A stretch of 64,000 bases of DNA, taken from Candidatus Sulfotelmatobacter sp. GTDB lineage: Bacteria > Acidobacteriota > Terriglobia > Terriglobales > Acidobacteriaceae. The DNA lies in assembly GCA_030041415.1 (NCBI GenBank), contig JASHNX010000014.1, positions 14,161-78,160 on the forward strand, given 5' to 3'. The notes under the pieces are model-generated. The model had not been told where the DNA came from. It searched no databases and worked only from the letters and a program-made list of their open reading frames with translations. A program made the translations under genes and the position numbers. Below are positions 54,850-62,789 of this stretch, one piece after another (within the stretch, counting starts at the first letter, position 1; the number at the start of each line of letters is the position of its first letter).

Positions 54850-55818
54850 ATGGGCGAGAATGAGGGATTATTAACCAGTGCGCTGAGCCGGGTCAGGCAC
54901 AACAAGCGCTATATCTTCTGGTTCTGGGTGCTGAACGTGGCTTTGGCGTGGCTGGGTGCGGGCGCTTTTCAGGCCGAGGCGCACGGGATTCTCGATCATA
55001 GCTTGTTCTCCGGCCGTCTGGTGCATGGCTTTGACCTTGCGGTTCTGATCGAGATGTTCGCGCGGCCTGAGTTTGGGTCGATGATGGCGTCCGTGGCCCC
55101 GGCTATGCACTTCGCGGCTCTTTATTTTCTGTTAACGGCTCTGTTCATGCCGGGAGTGCTGCAAGGCTACGCCGCAACTTACCGGCTGCCCCGCGCAGAA
55201 TTTTTTCGCGCCTGCGGAACAAATTTGTGGCGATTTGTTCGGTTGATGATCGTGGCCGCAATTGTCGTGGGGATTTTGTCCGCGGCACTTTTTGGCATTC
55301 GTGCGGCGCTGATGGACAAATCATTGGAGAGTACGAATGAATTGCTGCACTTCGAGGTTTCGATCACGTGCCTTTGCGTGATTTTTCTAGTGATGACGGC
55401 GGTGCGCGTCTGGTTCGACCTGGCGGAAGTCGATGTTGTTCTCAGCGATCAACGCGCCGTTCGTAAATCGATTTCTACGGCTTTTCGAAATGCGTGGAAG
55501 AACCTGGGCCATTTGCTGGGAGCATATGTGCTGATAGCGATCATTGGAATCGGCATTCTGGTGGGCGGCATTTTTTGCTGGATCAAATTTGTGCCGGCCG
55601 CGAGCGTGTTCGGCGCGGTGGTGGTGAGCCAGTTCACGTTGATCCTGTTGCTGATTGCGCGTTTCTGGCAGCGCAGCGTGGCCGTCACCTACTACTTGCA
55701 GAGTATGATGGAACCCATTGCTGAGAAACCATTCATGCCGGACCCGAACGCGATGACATTTCCTCCTCCTCCGATTCCTGGAGGTCCGAGTACTCCGCTG
55801 GAGCCGGCTGGATCATAG
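54850..55818 (+). CDS. hypothetical polytopic membrane protein
   Basis: 322 aa with about 7 hydrophobic segments and a Pro-rich C-terminus (PPPPIPGGPSTPLEPAGS). No motif recognised. It starts 19 nt after the M1 peptidase stop. Confidence 0.55.
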   Translation: MGENEGLLTSALSRVRHNKRYIFWFWVLNVALAWLGAGAFQAEAHGILDHSLFSGRLVHGFDLAVLIEMFARPEFGSMMASVAPAMHFAALYFLLTALFMPGVLQGYAATYRLPRAEFFRACGTNLWRFVRLMIVAAIVVGILSAALFGIRAALMDKSLESTNELLHFEVSITCLCVIFLVMTAVRVWFDLAEVDVVLSDQRAVRKSISTAFRNAWKNLGHLLGAYVLIAIIGIGILVGGIFCWIKFVPAASVFGAVVVSQFTLILLLIARFWQRSVAVTYYLQSMMEPIAEKPFMPDPNAMTFPPPPIPGGPSTPLEPAGS

Positions 55819-55861
55819 CTCTCGGCACCTACGCATCGCAACCTCTCAACTGCCGTTTCGA

Positions 55862-56197
55862 TCAGAGTATGACGATCGTGATTCCGCGGTTGCCGCGACC
55901 GAGATCGCGATCTTCTTTGATTTCGGAATGCGACTGGAGAAGCTTCCAGGCGGTGTCGTCTGATTTCGACCAGTTCTCGCCGAAAATGCAACCGCGAATC
56001 AGCCCCTTCTGCAACATCTCCAATAAGCGATTCTGTACAGCGAGGCGAATCTCGCCACCTGTTCCGGACGAACCATAACCGTGGATGAGCTTTAACAGCC
56101 TTACCTGTTCCTTGCGAGCGAGCTCCAGTTCGCGCTCAAGGCGCTGCAACGCCTCGCGCACCAGCGGCATATCGGATTTGAGATTCACTGTCCTCAT
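55862..56197 (-). CDS. Smr-domain protein (stand-alone small MutS-related nuclease domain)
   Basis: LLKLIHGYGSSGTGGEIRLAV is the Smr HGxG signature. The ATG at 56197 is preferred; the track start 56212 is a TTG. Confidence 0.7.
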   Translation of the reverse strand: MRTVNLKSDMPLVREALQRLERELELARKEQVRLLKLIHGYGSSGTGGEIRLAVQNRLLEMLQKGLIRGCIFGENWSKSDDTAWKLLQSHSEIKEDRDLGRGNRGITIVIL

Positions 56198-56239
56198 GCT
56201 TGCAGATTCCAACTTGAAACAAAGCCTGCTGCTGGGCGC

Positions 56240-56268
56240 TTGACGTGTATATACAACTTGTATATTAT
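56240..56268 (+). promoter_or_regulatory. sigma-70-type promoter of vapBC with embedded palindrome/TA repeat (likely operator)
   Basis: TTGACG (56240..56245), a 17-nt spacer and TATTAT (56263..56268). The spacer holds the palindrome GTATATAC. A (TA)n run follows at 56266..56278, and RBS AAAGAGG lies 5 nt before the ATG. Confidence 0.6.
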
Positions 56269-56293
56269 ATATATATATCAGTAAAGAGGCGCT

Positions 56294-56482
56294 ATGGCCG
56301 TGACTATGACATCAATCCGCCTCGACACGGACCTGGCTGACGAGGCTGTGAGAGTGCTCAAAGCGAAGTCCCGCACCGATGCCGTTCACATCGCTCTACG
56401 CGAAATCGTCGCACTGAAGCGTTTCAAAGCCCTGATGAAAAAGAACTCTGGCAAGCTCAAGTTTCCCGGGCTCGATGAGTGA
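56294..56482 (+). CDS. vapB: type II antitoxin, VapB (DUF2191-like) family
   Basis: 62 aa, MAVTMTSIRLDTDLADEAVRVLKAKSRTDAVHIALREIV... It overlaps the downstream PIN gene by 8 nt. Confidence 0.8.
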   Translation: MAVTMTSIRLDTDLADEAVRVLKAKSRTDAVHIALREIVALKRFKALMKKNSGKLKFPGLDE

Positions 56483-56882
56483 AGTCGTCATTTTCGACAC
56501 GTCCGTGCTGCTTGACGAGGCTCGCACAGGCCGCCATCGCGAGAAAATGGACTCTGTGGACGGTCTGGTTCGGATGTCGTCGGTCGTCCTTGCGGAAATG
56601 CTGCGCGGCGCAAGCGGGCGGGCGGAACACGAATTCCTTCGCGCTCTCGCCCGAAACCATCCGATCTTAACTCCGACACAGGAGAACTGGCTGGACTCTG
56701 GCGAGATATTGGCCAGAATCCGCGCAGATCGAGGCTTCGAGCCGCATAAACTCCGTGACCTGCACTTCGATGTTCTCATCGCCCTCAGCGCCCGCTCTCA
56801 TGGCGCCCGCCTCATCACCTCGAACCGGACAGACTTCGAGCTAATCAATCGTTACCGACAGATCAAGCTTGAGGTGTGGTGA
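56475..56882 (+). CDS. vapC: type II toxin, PIN-domain ribonuclease VapC
   Basis: VVIFDTSVLLDE carries the first acidic PIN residue. DVLIALSARSHGARLITSNRTDFELI is the C-terminal PIN block. Confidence 0.85.
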   Translation: MSEVVIFDTSVLLDEARTGRHREKMDSVDGLVRMSSVVLAEMLRGASGRAEHEFLRALARNHPILTPTQENWLDSGEILARIRADRGFEPHKLRDLHFDVLIALSARSHGARLITSNRTDFELINRYRQIKLEVW

Positions 56883-56970
56883 ACCGGCGATTTCTGTCTT
56901 CATGTACCTAGCAACCGCTTCGGTGCCGCTCAGAAGGGGGGCCACGTGGTTTTGTTTTGTGGGTTCCAGG

Positions 56971-57495
56971 TTACTTTTTCCGTCCTCGGATCGCTTCTCT
57001 CGCTTCCTTGTCCGCCGTCCTGCGGCGCTCGGTTTCGCGCTTATCCCATAGCTGCTTGCCTTTGGCCAGGGCAAGTTCGAGCTTGACTTTGCCGTTTTTG
57101 AAGTACAGGCGGGTAGGGATCAGGGTGAGCCCTTTCTGCTGGGTCTTGCCGATCAACTTTCTGATTTCTTCTTTATGCATCAGCACTTTGCGGGTTCTGA
57201 GCGGGGCATGGTTGTGAATATTACCGTGCTGGTATGGGCCGACGTGGGCATTGAGCAGCCAGAGTTCGCCATCTTTCACGATCCCATAGGAATCCTTGAG
57301 GTTAGCAAGGCCTCCGCGAACCGATTTGACTTCGGTACCGGTCAAAACGAGGCCGCACTCAAATTTTTCCAGCAAGAAATAGTTATGGGAAGCGATCCTA
57401 TTGATGGCAGCGTCGCGCTGGCCTGAGGCGGTAGGGTCGCGGCGGGGGGATTTCTCCGGACTCGGCCGCGTCTGTTGTGTCGACTGGCGGGGCAT
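56971..57495 (-). CDS. smpB: SsrA(tmRNA)-binding protein SmpB
   Basis: NRIASHNYFLLEKFECGLVLTGTEVKSVRGGLANLKDSYG..., LLNAHVGPYQHGN, RTRKVLMHKEEIRKL and LIPTRLYFKNGKVKLELALAKGK. It has a ~30-aa basic/Pro-rich N-terminal extension. Confidence 0.93.
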   Translation of the reverse strand: MPRQSTQQTRPSPEKSPRRDPTASGQRDAAINRIASHNYFLLEKFECGLVLTGTEVKSVRGGLANLKDSYGIVKDGELWLLNAHVGPYQHGNIHNHAPLRTRKVLMHKEEIRKLIGKTQQKGLTLIPTRLYFKNGKVKLELALAKGKQLWDKRETERRRTADKEAREAIRGRKK

Positions 57496-57678
57496 GCTTC
57501 TGATTCATATTACAGCGGTCTTTCGGTGAGGACCAAAGGTGGTCGGATGGCCTGGGAGGACGCGTTCCTAACGCTTGCTTTCTGGCTGGCGGCTGAATTG
57601 GATCGCGCGGCCATTGGGACTAGGACTAAAGAGTGTAAATGCCGCGTATGCAATGAGATCGGTGGTCCCAAGGGGCGA

Positions 57679-57687
57679 TGCTATAAT
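57679..57687 (+). promoter_or_regulatory. possible extended -10 promoter element upstream of the secretin gene
   Basis: TGCTATAAT (TGnTATAAT) lies 126 nt upstream of the ATG at 57813. No good -35 element is present. Confidence 0.25.
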
Positions 57688-57812
57688 CGCTGAAAGCGGC
57701 AAAAATAAACAGCTCTGCGTCGTGTGGATTCGATCATTGCACTCGATGTGGGCGAGACTGCTTTGTCCACGATCTGAACGCGAAAGATTCTTATTTCCAC
57801 GAGGACTGACGA

Positions 57813-60071
57813 ATGAGACGTCTGAAGCCCGCGGCGATACTGCTGCTGGTGCTGCTTGTGATTGTGCCCACCCTCGCCTCCGATAAGGCCAAAAAGCTAT
57901 ATGACAAGGGCCAGGATGCCGAGGCGCGGCAGAGCTATGTGGAGGCATATCAGTTTTACAAGCAGGCCTACGACCTGAAACCCAAGGACTTACGCTACCG
58001 GTCTTCGTTCGAGCGGCTGCGCTTTCAGGCCGCAGCGTCCATTGTTCATGACGGGCAAAAACTACGCGATCAGGGCAAGCTGCAGGAAGCCGCAGCTGAG
58101 TTCGAAAGGGCAATCCAGATAGACCCCTCATTGTTCATCGCGCAGCAGGAATTGAAGCAGACGCTGCAAATGATCAACGATGCGACGAATCCGCCGCCGC
58201 AGGCCGCTGGCCCGCCCAATAACTTGGAGCGGAGAATCAAAGATGCCGGCGGTCCCGTCGAGCTTGCACCGATCTCGAACGTTCCCATCACAGTCAAGCT
58301 GACGGAAGATTCCAAAGTCATTTATCAGACGATCGGGCAGTTGGCCGGGATCAACGTTCTGTTCGATCCCGATTACACTTCGCGACGCATCAAGGTTGAA
58401 TTGAACGGAGTCACGCTGGAGCAGGCGTTGGAGATTTCCGCGCTGGAGTCGAAGACCTTCTGGCGGCCGGTGACGAGCAACACAATTTTCGTAGCCCAGG
58501 ATAATCCGGCGAAGCGCAAAGAGCTGGAGCAGAGCGTTCTTAAGACATTCTATTTATCGAATCTTTCGCAGCCCACCGAACTTCAGGATGTAGTGAACGC
58601 GATTCGCGCTGTGCTCGACGTGCAGCGCGTGCAGCAATTGCTTTCGCAGAACGCGCTGGTGGTCCGCGGCACTCCCGACCAGATCGCTCTGGCGGAGAAA
58701 CTGGTGGATGATCTGGACAAGGCGCGGCCGGAGGTCATCGTCGACATCGCGGTGTTGCAGATCAGTCGCGACCGATCCCGCACTCTGGGAATCAGTCCTC
58801 CCACCAACGGCATCAGCGTGAGTCTGCAGAGCAATATCAACACCAGCACGACCACGAGTACCACCACTGGAACGACGACTCCGGCTACTTCGGGGACGGG
58901 ACTTGAACTGAATACGCTCGGCAATCTGAACGCCACCGATTTCCAGGTAAGCATTCCTTCCACGAATCTCTCCGCCATCATGGGTGACAGCGATACGAAG
59001 ATGCTGCAGAACCCGCAGGTCCGCGCTCTGGATAATCAGAAAGCCACGCTCAAGATCGGTGAGCGCGTGCCAGTGGCTACCGGATCGTTTCAGCCGGGCA
59101 TTGGCGGTGTCGGCATTAATCCGCTGGTCAACACACAATTTCAGTATCTCGATGTGGGCGTCAACATCGATGTGACTCCGCACGTGCACGCCGACCGAGA
59201 AGTGACGCTGAAGATCACGATGGAAATTTCGTCGGTGGTCGGACAGTCAAGCATCGGCGGAATCAGCCAGCCCATCATTGGACAGAAAAAAATCGAGCAT
59301 GAAATCCGGCTGTCGGATGGAGAATCCAGCCTGATTGGCGGCATCTTCGACGATTCGCAAACCCGATCACTGAGCGGCATCCCCGGGCTGGCGCAGATTC
59401 CCATCATCAAATACCTGTTCGGGCAGGAACAGACGGATAAAGAGCAGGACGAAACCGTCTTTGCCATTACGCCTCACGTAGTGCGGGGAACCGAGATTTC
59501 GGCGATGAATCAGCGCGCCATCGATATTGGAACGGCGAATGCGATTCAGTTGCGGGAAGTCATTCCTCCAGCGCCACCAAAAGGCCCGTCGGTTCCGGCT
59601 AATCCCGCGTCGCCCGCTGCTCCGGCAAATCAGAATCCGCCTTCTGGCGTGAATCCTTCGGCGAATTTCATGTTTGATCCCGGCGTGATCACGGCCGTCA
59701 AGGGCAAGACCTTCGCCGTGAACTTGCAAATCTCGGGGGCGAAGAACGTTTATTCGATTCCGGTGCAGATCAACTATGACCCTTCGAAACTGCAGTTGGT
59801 CAATGTATCGAACGGGAACTTTCTCTCGCAGGATGGGCAGACGGTGGCTTTAGTGCATCGCGAAGATGACACGCTCGGCAATTTGCAGGTTACCGCCAGC
59901 CGCCCGCCGGGTTCGGGCGGAGTTTCGGGCGGAGGGACAGTGGTGACGTTAACTTTTGAAGCCAAGGCCAGCGGACAAACTCCCCTGACGATTACGCGGG
60001 GCGGGGCACGCGATCCGGGATTGCAGGCTATCGCGGTGAACGGAGCACAGGCATCAGTAACCGTGCAGTAA
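57813..60071 (+). CDS. secretin (GspD/PilQ family) with N-terminal TPR-like region and C-terminal cohesin-like domain
   Basis: Signal peptide MRRLKPAAILLLVLLVIVPTLA. TPR-like helices follow (AKKLYDKGQDAEARQSYVEAYQFYKQAYDLKP, GKLQEAAAEFERAIQIDP). N-domains contain VTLEQALEISALESKTFW. The secretin core has NPQVRALDNQKATLKIGERVPV, IGGIFDD, SGIPGLAQIPIIKYLFG and ETVFAITPHVV. The last 135 aa are cohesin-like (FAVNLQISGAKNVYSIPVQINYDPSKLQLVNVSNGNFL...VVTLTFEAKASG). Confidence 0.85.
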   Translation: MRRLKPAAILLLVLLVIVPTLASDKAKKLYDKGQDAEARQSYVEAYQFYKQAYDLKPKDLRYRSSFERLRFQAAASIVHDGQKLRDQGKLQEAAAEFERAIQIDPSLFIAQQELKQTLQMINDATNPPPQAAGPPNNLERRIKDAGGPVELAPISNVPITVKLTEDSKVIYQTIGQLAGINVLFDPDYTSRRIKVELNGVTLEQALEISALESKTFWRPVTSNTIFVAQDNPAKRKELEQSVLKTFYLSNLSQPTELQDVVNAIRAVLDVQRVQQLLSQNALVVRGTPDQIALAEKLVDDLDKARPEVIVDIAVLQISRDRSRTLGISPPTNGISVSLQSNINTSTTTSTTTGTTTPATSGTGLELNTLGNLNATDFQVSIPSTNLSAIMGDSDTKMLQNPQVRALDNQKATLKIGERVPVATGSFQPGIGGVGINPLVNTQFQYLDVGVNIDVTPHVHADREVTLKITMEISSVVGQSSIGGISQPIIGQKKIEHEIRLSDGESSLIGGIFDDSQTRSLSGIPGLAQIPIIKYLFGQEQTDKEQDETVFAITPHVVRGTEISAMNQRAIDIGTANAIQLREVIPPAPPKGPSVPANPASPAAPANQNPPSGVNPSANFMFDPGVITAVKGKTFAVNLQISGAKNVYSIPVQINYDPSKLQLVNVSNGNFLSQDGQTVALVHREDDTLGNLQVTASRPPGSGGVSGGGTVVTLTFEAKASGQTPLTITRGGARDPGLQAIAVNGAQASVTVQ

Positions 60072-60097
60072 CCGGTGACGAGAGCTGAGAGTCGGAA

Positions 60098-60568
60098 ATG
60101 ATGTTGCAGCAAATGCGGCGAATGCGGGGGCAGCGGGGTTTTACGCTGCTCGAGTTAATCATAGCCTCCGCGATCCTGATCGTGCTTTCGACCATGGTCG
60201 TGCCGCTGGCGCGGTTGACCATCCAGCGGGAAAAGGAGCGCCAGTTGCGCTATGCGCTCTGGCAGATGCGCGACGCGATCGATCGCTATAAAGATGCGGC
60301 CGACCGGAACCTGTTTCAGACCAAGGTCGACAGCCAGAACTATCCTCCGGACATGGACACGCTGGTGAAGGGCGTCGACGTGCAGGGAAAGAAGCTCAAG
60401 TTTCTGCGCAGAATTCCGATCGATCCGATGACGAACGGCACGGACTGGGGCCTGCGCTCGATGCAGGACGATCCGGATTCAGACTCCTGGGGCGAACAAA
60501 ACATTTTTGACGTTTATACAAAATCGCAGGGAACAGCATTAGACGGGTCCAAGTATAAGGATTGGTGA
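60098..60568 (+). CDS. GspG-like pseudopilin (prepilin-type N-terminal cleavage/methylation domain)
   Basis: RGQRG/FTLLELIIASAILIVLSTMVVP. Also YPPDMDTLVKG, IPIDPMT and a C-terminal DGSKYKDW. Confidence 0.8.
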   Translation: MMLQQMRRMRGQRGFTLLELIIASAILIVLSTMVVPLARLTIQREKERQLRYALWQMRDAIDRYKDAADRNLFQTKVDSQNYPPDMDTLVKGVDVQGKKLKFLRRIPIDPMTNGTDWGLRSMQDDPDSDSWGEQNIFDVYTKSQGTALDGSKYKDW

Positions 60569-60569
60569 G

Positions 60570-60977
60570 ATGGCAAACCGGCGCAAAACGGGGCGCAGCG
60601 CGGGTTTTACCTTGCTCGAAATGATGATCGTGATCGTCATCATGGGCATACTGATGGCGATTGCGCTTCCCATTTACAATCAGTCGCTCGTGCACTCGCG
60701 CGAGGCGGTGCTGCGCCAGGATTTGTTCACGCTGCGCTCGCTGATTTCCCAGTACACTCTCGACAAGCAGAAAGCTCCGCAATCGCTGGATGATCTGGTG
60801 CAAGGCGGCTATCTCAAGACTCTTCCTAAAGATCCTATGACCAACGAGGCGAACTGGGAGGTCGTGCAGGAAGACGACACGATCATGACTCCCGATCAGC
60901 AAGATCCCGGCATCAGCGACGTGCACTCGGCATCAAATGCCATGGGCAGCGACGGCACGGCCTACAGCAGTTGGTGA
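60570..60977 (+). CDS. GspG-like pseudopilin, second copy
   Basis: GRSAG/FTLLEMMIVIVIMGILMAIALPIY. Also LDDLVQGGYLKTLPKDPMT and a C-terminal DGTAYSSW. It starts 2 nt after the previous stop. Confidence 0.8.
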   Translation: MANRRKTGRSAGFTLLEMMIVIVIMGILMAIALPIYNQSLVHSREAVLRQDLFTLRSLISQYTLDKQKAPQSLDDLVQGGYLKTLPKDPMTNEANWEVVQEDDTIMTPDQQDPGISDVHSASNAMGSDGTAYSSW

Positions 60978-61050
60978 CTCTGACGCCGTCCGCGCTTTTG
61001 CCTTTCCTTAAGAATTGAACGTAGCCTCGCCCGCGCAGTACCATCTACTT

Positions 61051-62721
61051 ATGCCTGTCGAAACGGAAATTCAGCCCCACACCTCGATTCGCGCGCCACG
61101 CGGCAATTCCATTACTTGCAAAGGCTGGCAGCAGGAAGCCGCCATGCGCATGCTGATGAACAATCTCGACGGCGAAGTGGCCGAGCGGCCGCAGGATCTT
61201 GTGGTTTACGGCGGCACTGGCCGCGCCGCGCGAAGCTGGGAGGCGTACGACGCGATTGTTCGTTCGGTGAAAAATCTGGAGAACGACGAAACCCTGTTGG
61301 TGCAGTCGGGCAAGCCGGTGGGCATTTTCAAGACGCACGAGCATGCGCCGCGGGTGCTCATTGCCAATTCCAATCTCGTCGGACATTGGTCGAACTGGGA
61401 GAAATTTAACGAACTCGAACGCGCCGGTCTGATGATGTATGGGCAGATGACGGCCGGTTCTTGGATTTACATCGGCTCGCAGGGAATTGTGCAGGGGACG
61501 TTCGAAACATTTTCAGCAGCGGGCGAAAAACGTTTTGGCGGCGATCTCGCGGGAAAACTGATCGTCTCGGGTGGCATGGGCGGCATGGGCGGAGCGCAGC
61601 CGCTCGCGGCAACCATGACCGGGGCCGCGTTCTTAGGCATCGATGTCGATCCCGAGCGGATCAAGAAACGGCTCAAGACCGGCTACTGCGATTTCATGGT
61701 GACCACGCTCGATGAAGCGCTGCGCATTCTGAAGAATGCGGTGCGCAAGAAAGAGAATGTTTCGGTCGGGCTGGTAGGAAATTGCGCCGATATCATTCCC
61801 GAGCTCGCAGCGCGCGGCGTTGTTCCGGACATTCTCACCGATCAGACGTCGGCACACGATCCGCTGAATGGATATGTGCCGAATGGGATGACGTTTGAGG
61901 AGGCGCTTGAGTTGCGCAAGCGCGATCCGCGTGCATATCAGGAAAAATCGCTGGATGCGATGGCGCGGCATGTCGAAGCAATGCTGCAGTTGCAGAAGAT
62001 GGGTTCGGTCACGTTCGATTACGGCAATAACATTCGGACATTTGCGTTTCAGCGCGGCGTGAAGAATGCGTACGATTTTCCCGGTTTTGTGCCGGCTTAC
62101 ATTCGTCCTTTATTTTGCGAAGGGCGTGGGCCGTTCCGCTGGGCGGCATTGTCGGGCGAGGCTTCGGACATTCACGTCACCGACGATCTGGTTCTCGAAT
62201 TGTTTCCGGACAATCGAATTTTGCGCCGCTGGATTGAGCTGGCGCGAAAGCGCATCAAGTTTCAGGGATTGCCCGCCCGCATCTGCTGGCTGGGATACGG
62301 CGAGCGCTCGCAGTTCGGACTGGCGATGAACGATCTGGTGAAGAAAGGAAAGATTAAAGCGCCGATCGTGATGGGCCGCGATCACCTCGATTGCGGCTCG
62401 GTTGCGTCTCCATTTCGCGAGACCGAGAGCATGAAAGATGGCAGCGATGCGGTCGCAGATTGGCCTTTGCTGAATGCAATGCTGAACACGGCTGCAGGCG
62501 CGTCTTGGGTTTCAATTCACAACGGTGGTGGAGTGGGCATCGGATATTCTCTCCACGCTGGCCAAGTGACGGTTGCCGATGGAACTGAAGCGATGGCGAA
62601 GCGCATCGAGCGCGTGCTGACGACCGATCCGGGCATGGGGATTATTCGGCATGCCGATGCGGGATACGAGGAGGCTAAGGAGTTCGCGAAAGAAAAAGGC
62701 GTCAGGGTGCCAATGGGATAG
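61051..62721 (+). CDS. hutU: urocanate hydratase
   Basis: [70 protein letters not shown] and [16 protein letters not shown] at 61051 gives 556 aa. Confidence 0.95.
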   Translation: MPVETEIQPHTSIRAPRGNSITCKGWQQEAAMRMLMNNLDGEVAERPQDLVVYGGTGRAARSWEAYDAIVRSVKNLENDETLLVQSGKPVGIFKTHEHAPRVLIANSNLVGHWSNWEKFNELERAGLMMYGQMTAGSWIYIGSQGIVQGTFETFSAAGEKRFGGDLAGKLIVSGGMGGMGGAQPLAATMTGAAFLGIDVDPERIKKRLKTGYCDFMVTTLDEALRILKNAVRKKENVSVGLVGNCADIIPELAARGVVPDILTDQTSAHDPLNGYVPNGMTFEEALELRKRDPRAYQEKSLDAMARHVEAMLQLQKMGSVTFDYGNNIRTFAFQRGVKNAYDFPGFVPAYIRPLFCEGRGPFRWAALSGEASDIHVTDDLVLELFPDNRILRRWIELARKRIKFQGLPARICWLGYGERSQFGLAMNDLVKKGKIKAPIVMGRDHLDCGSVASPFRETESMKDGSDAVADWPLLNAMLNTAAGASWVSIHNGGGVGIGYSLHAGQVTVADGTEAMAKRIERVLTTDPGMGIIRHADAGYEEAKEFAKEKGVRVPMG

Positions 62722-62789
62722 ATTTGACCGCGACCGGTCTTTGACAGTTGTCGTACGCAATCTTTCTACCGCTGCTAAACTGCATTAGC

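Noticed and set aside
57496-57812. A possible tmRNA (ssrA) or other structured RNA in the 317-nt gap next to smpB.
   Set aside because: I found no tRNA-like acceptor/T-arm ending in CCA, no GGGG...5' end and no tag-peptide reading frame ending in a stop. The region lies upstream of smpB rather than downstream, and it more likely holds divergent promoters (TGCTATAAT at 57679..57687).
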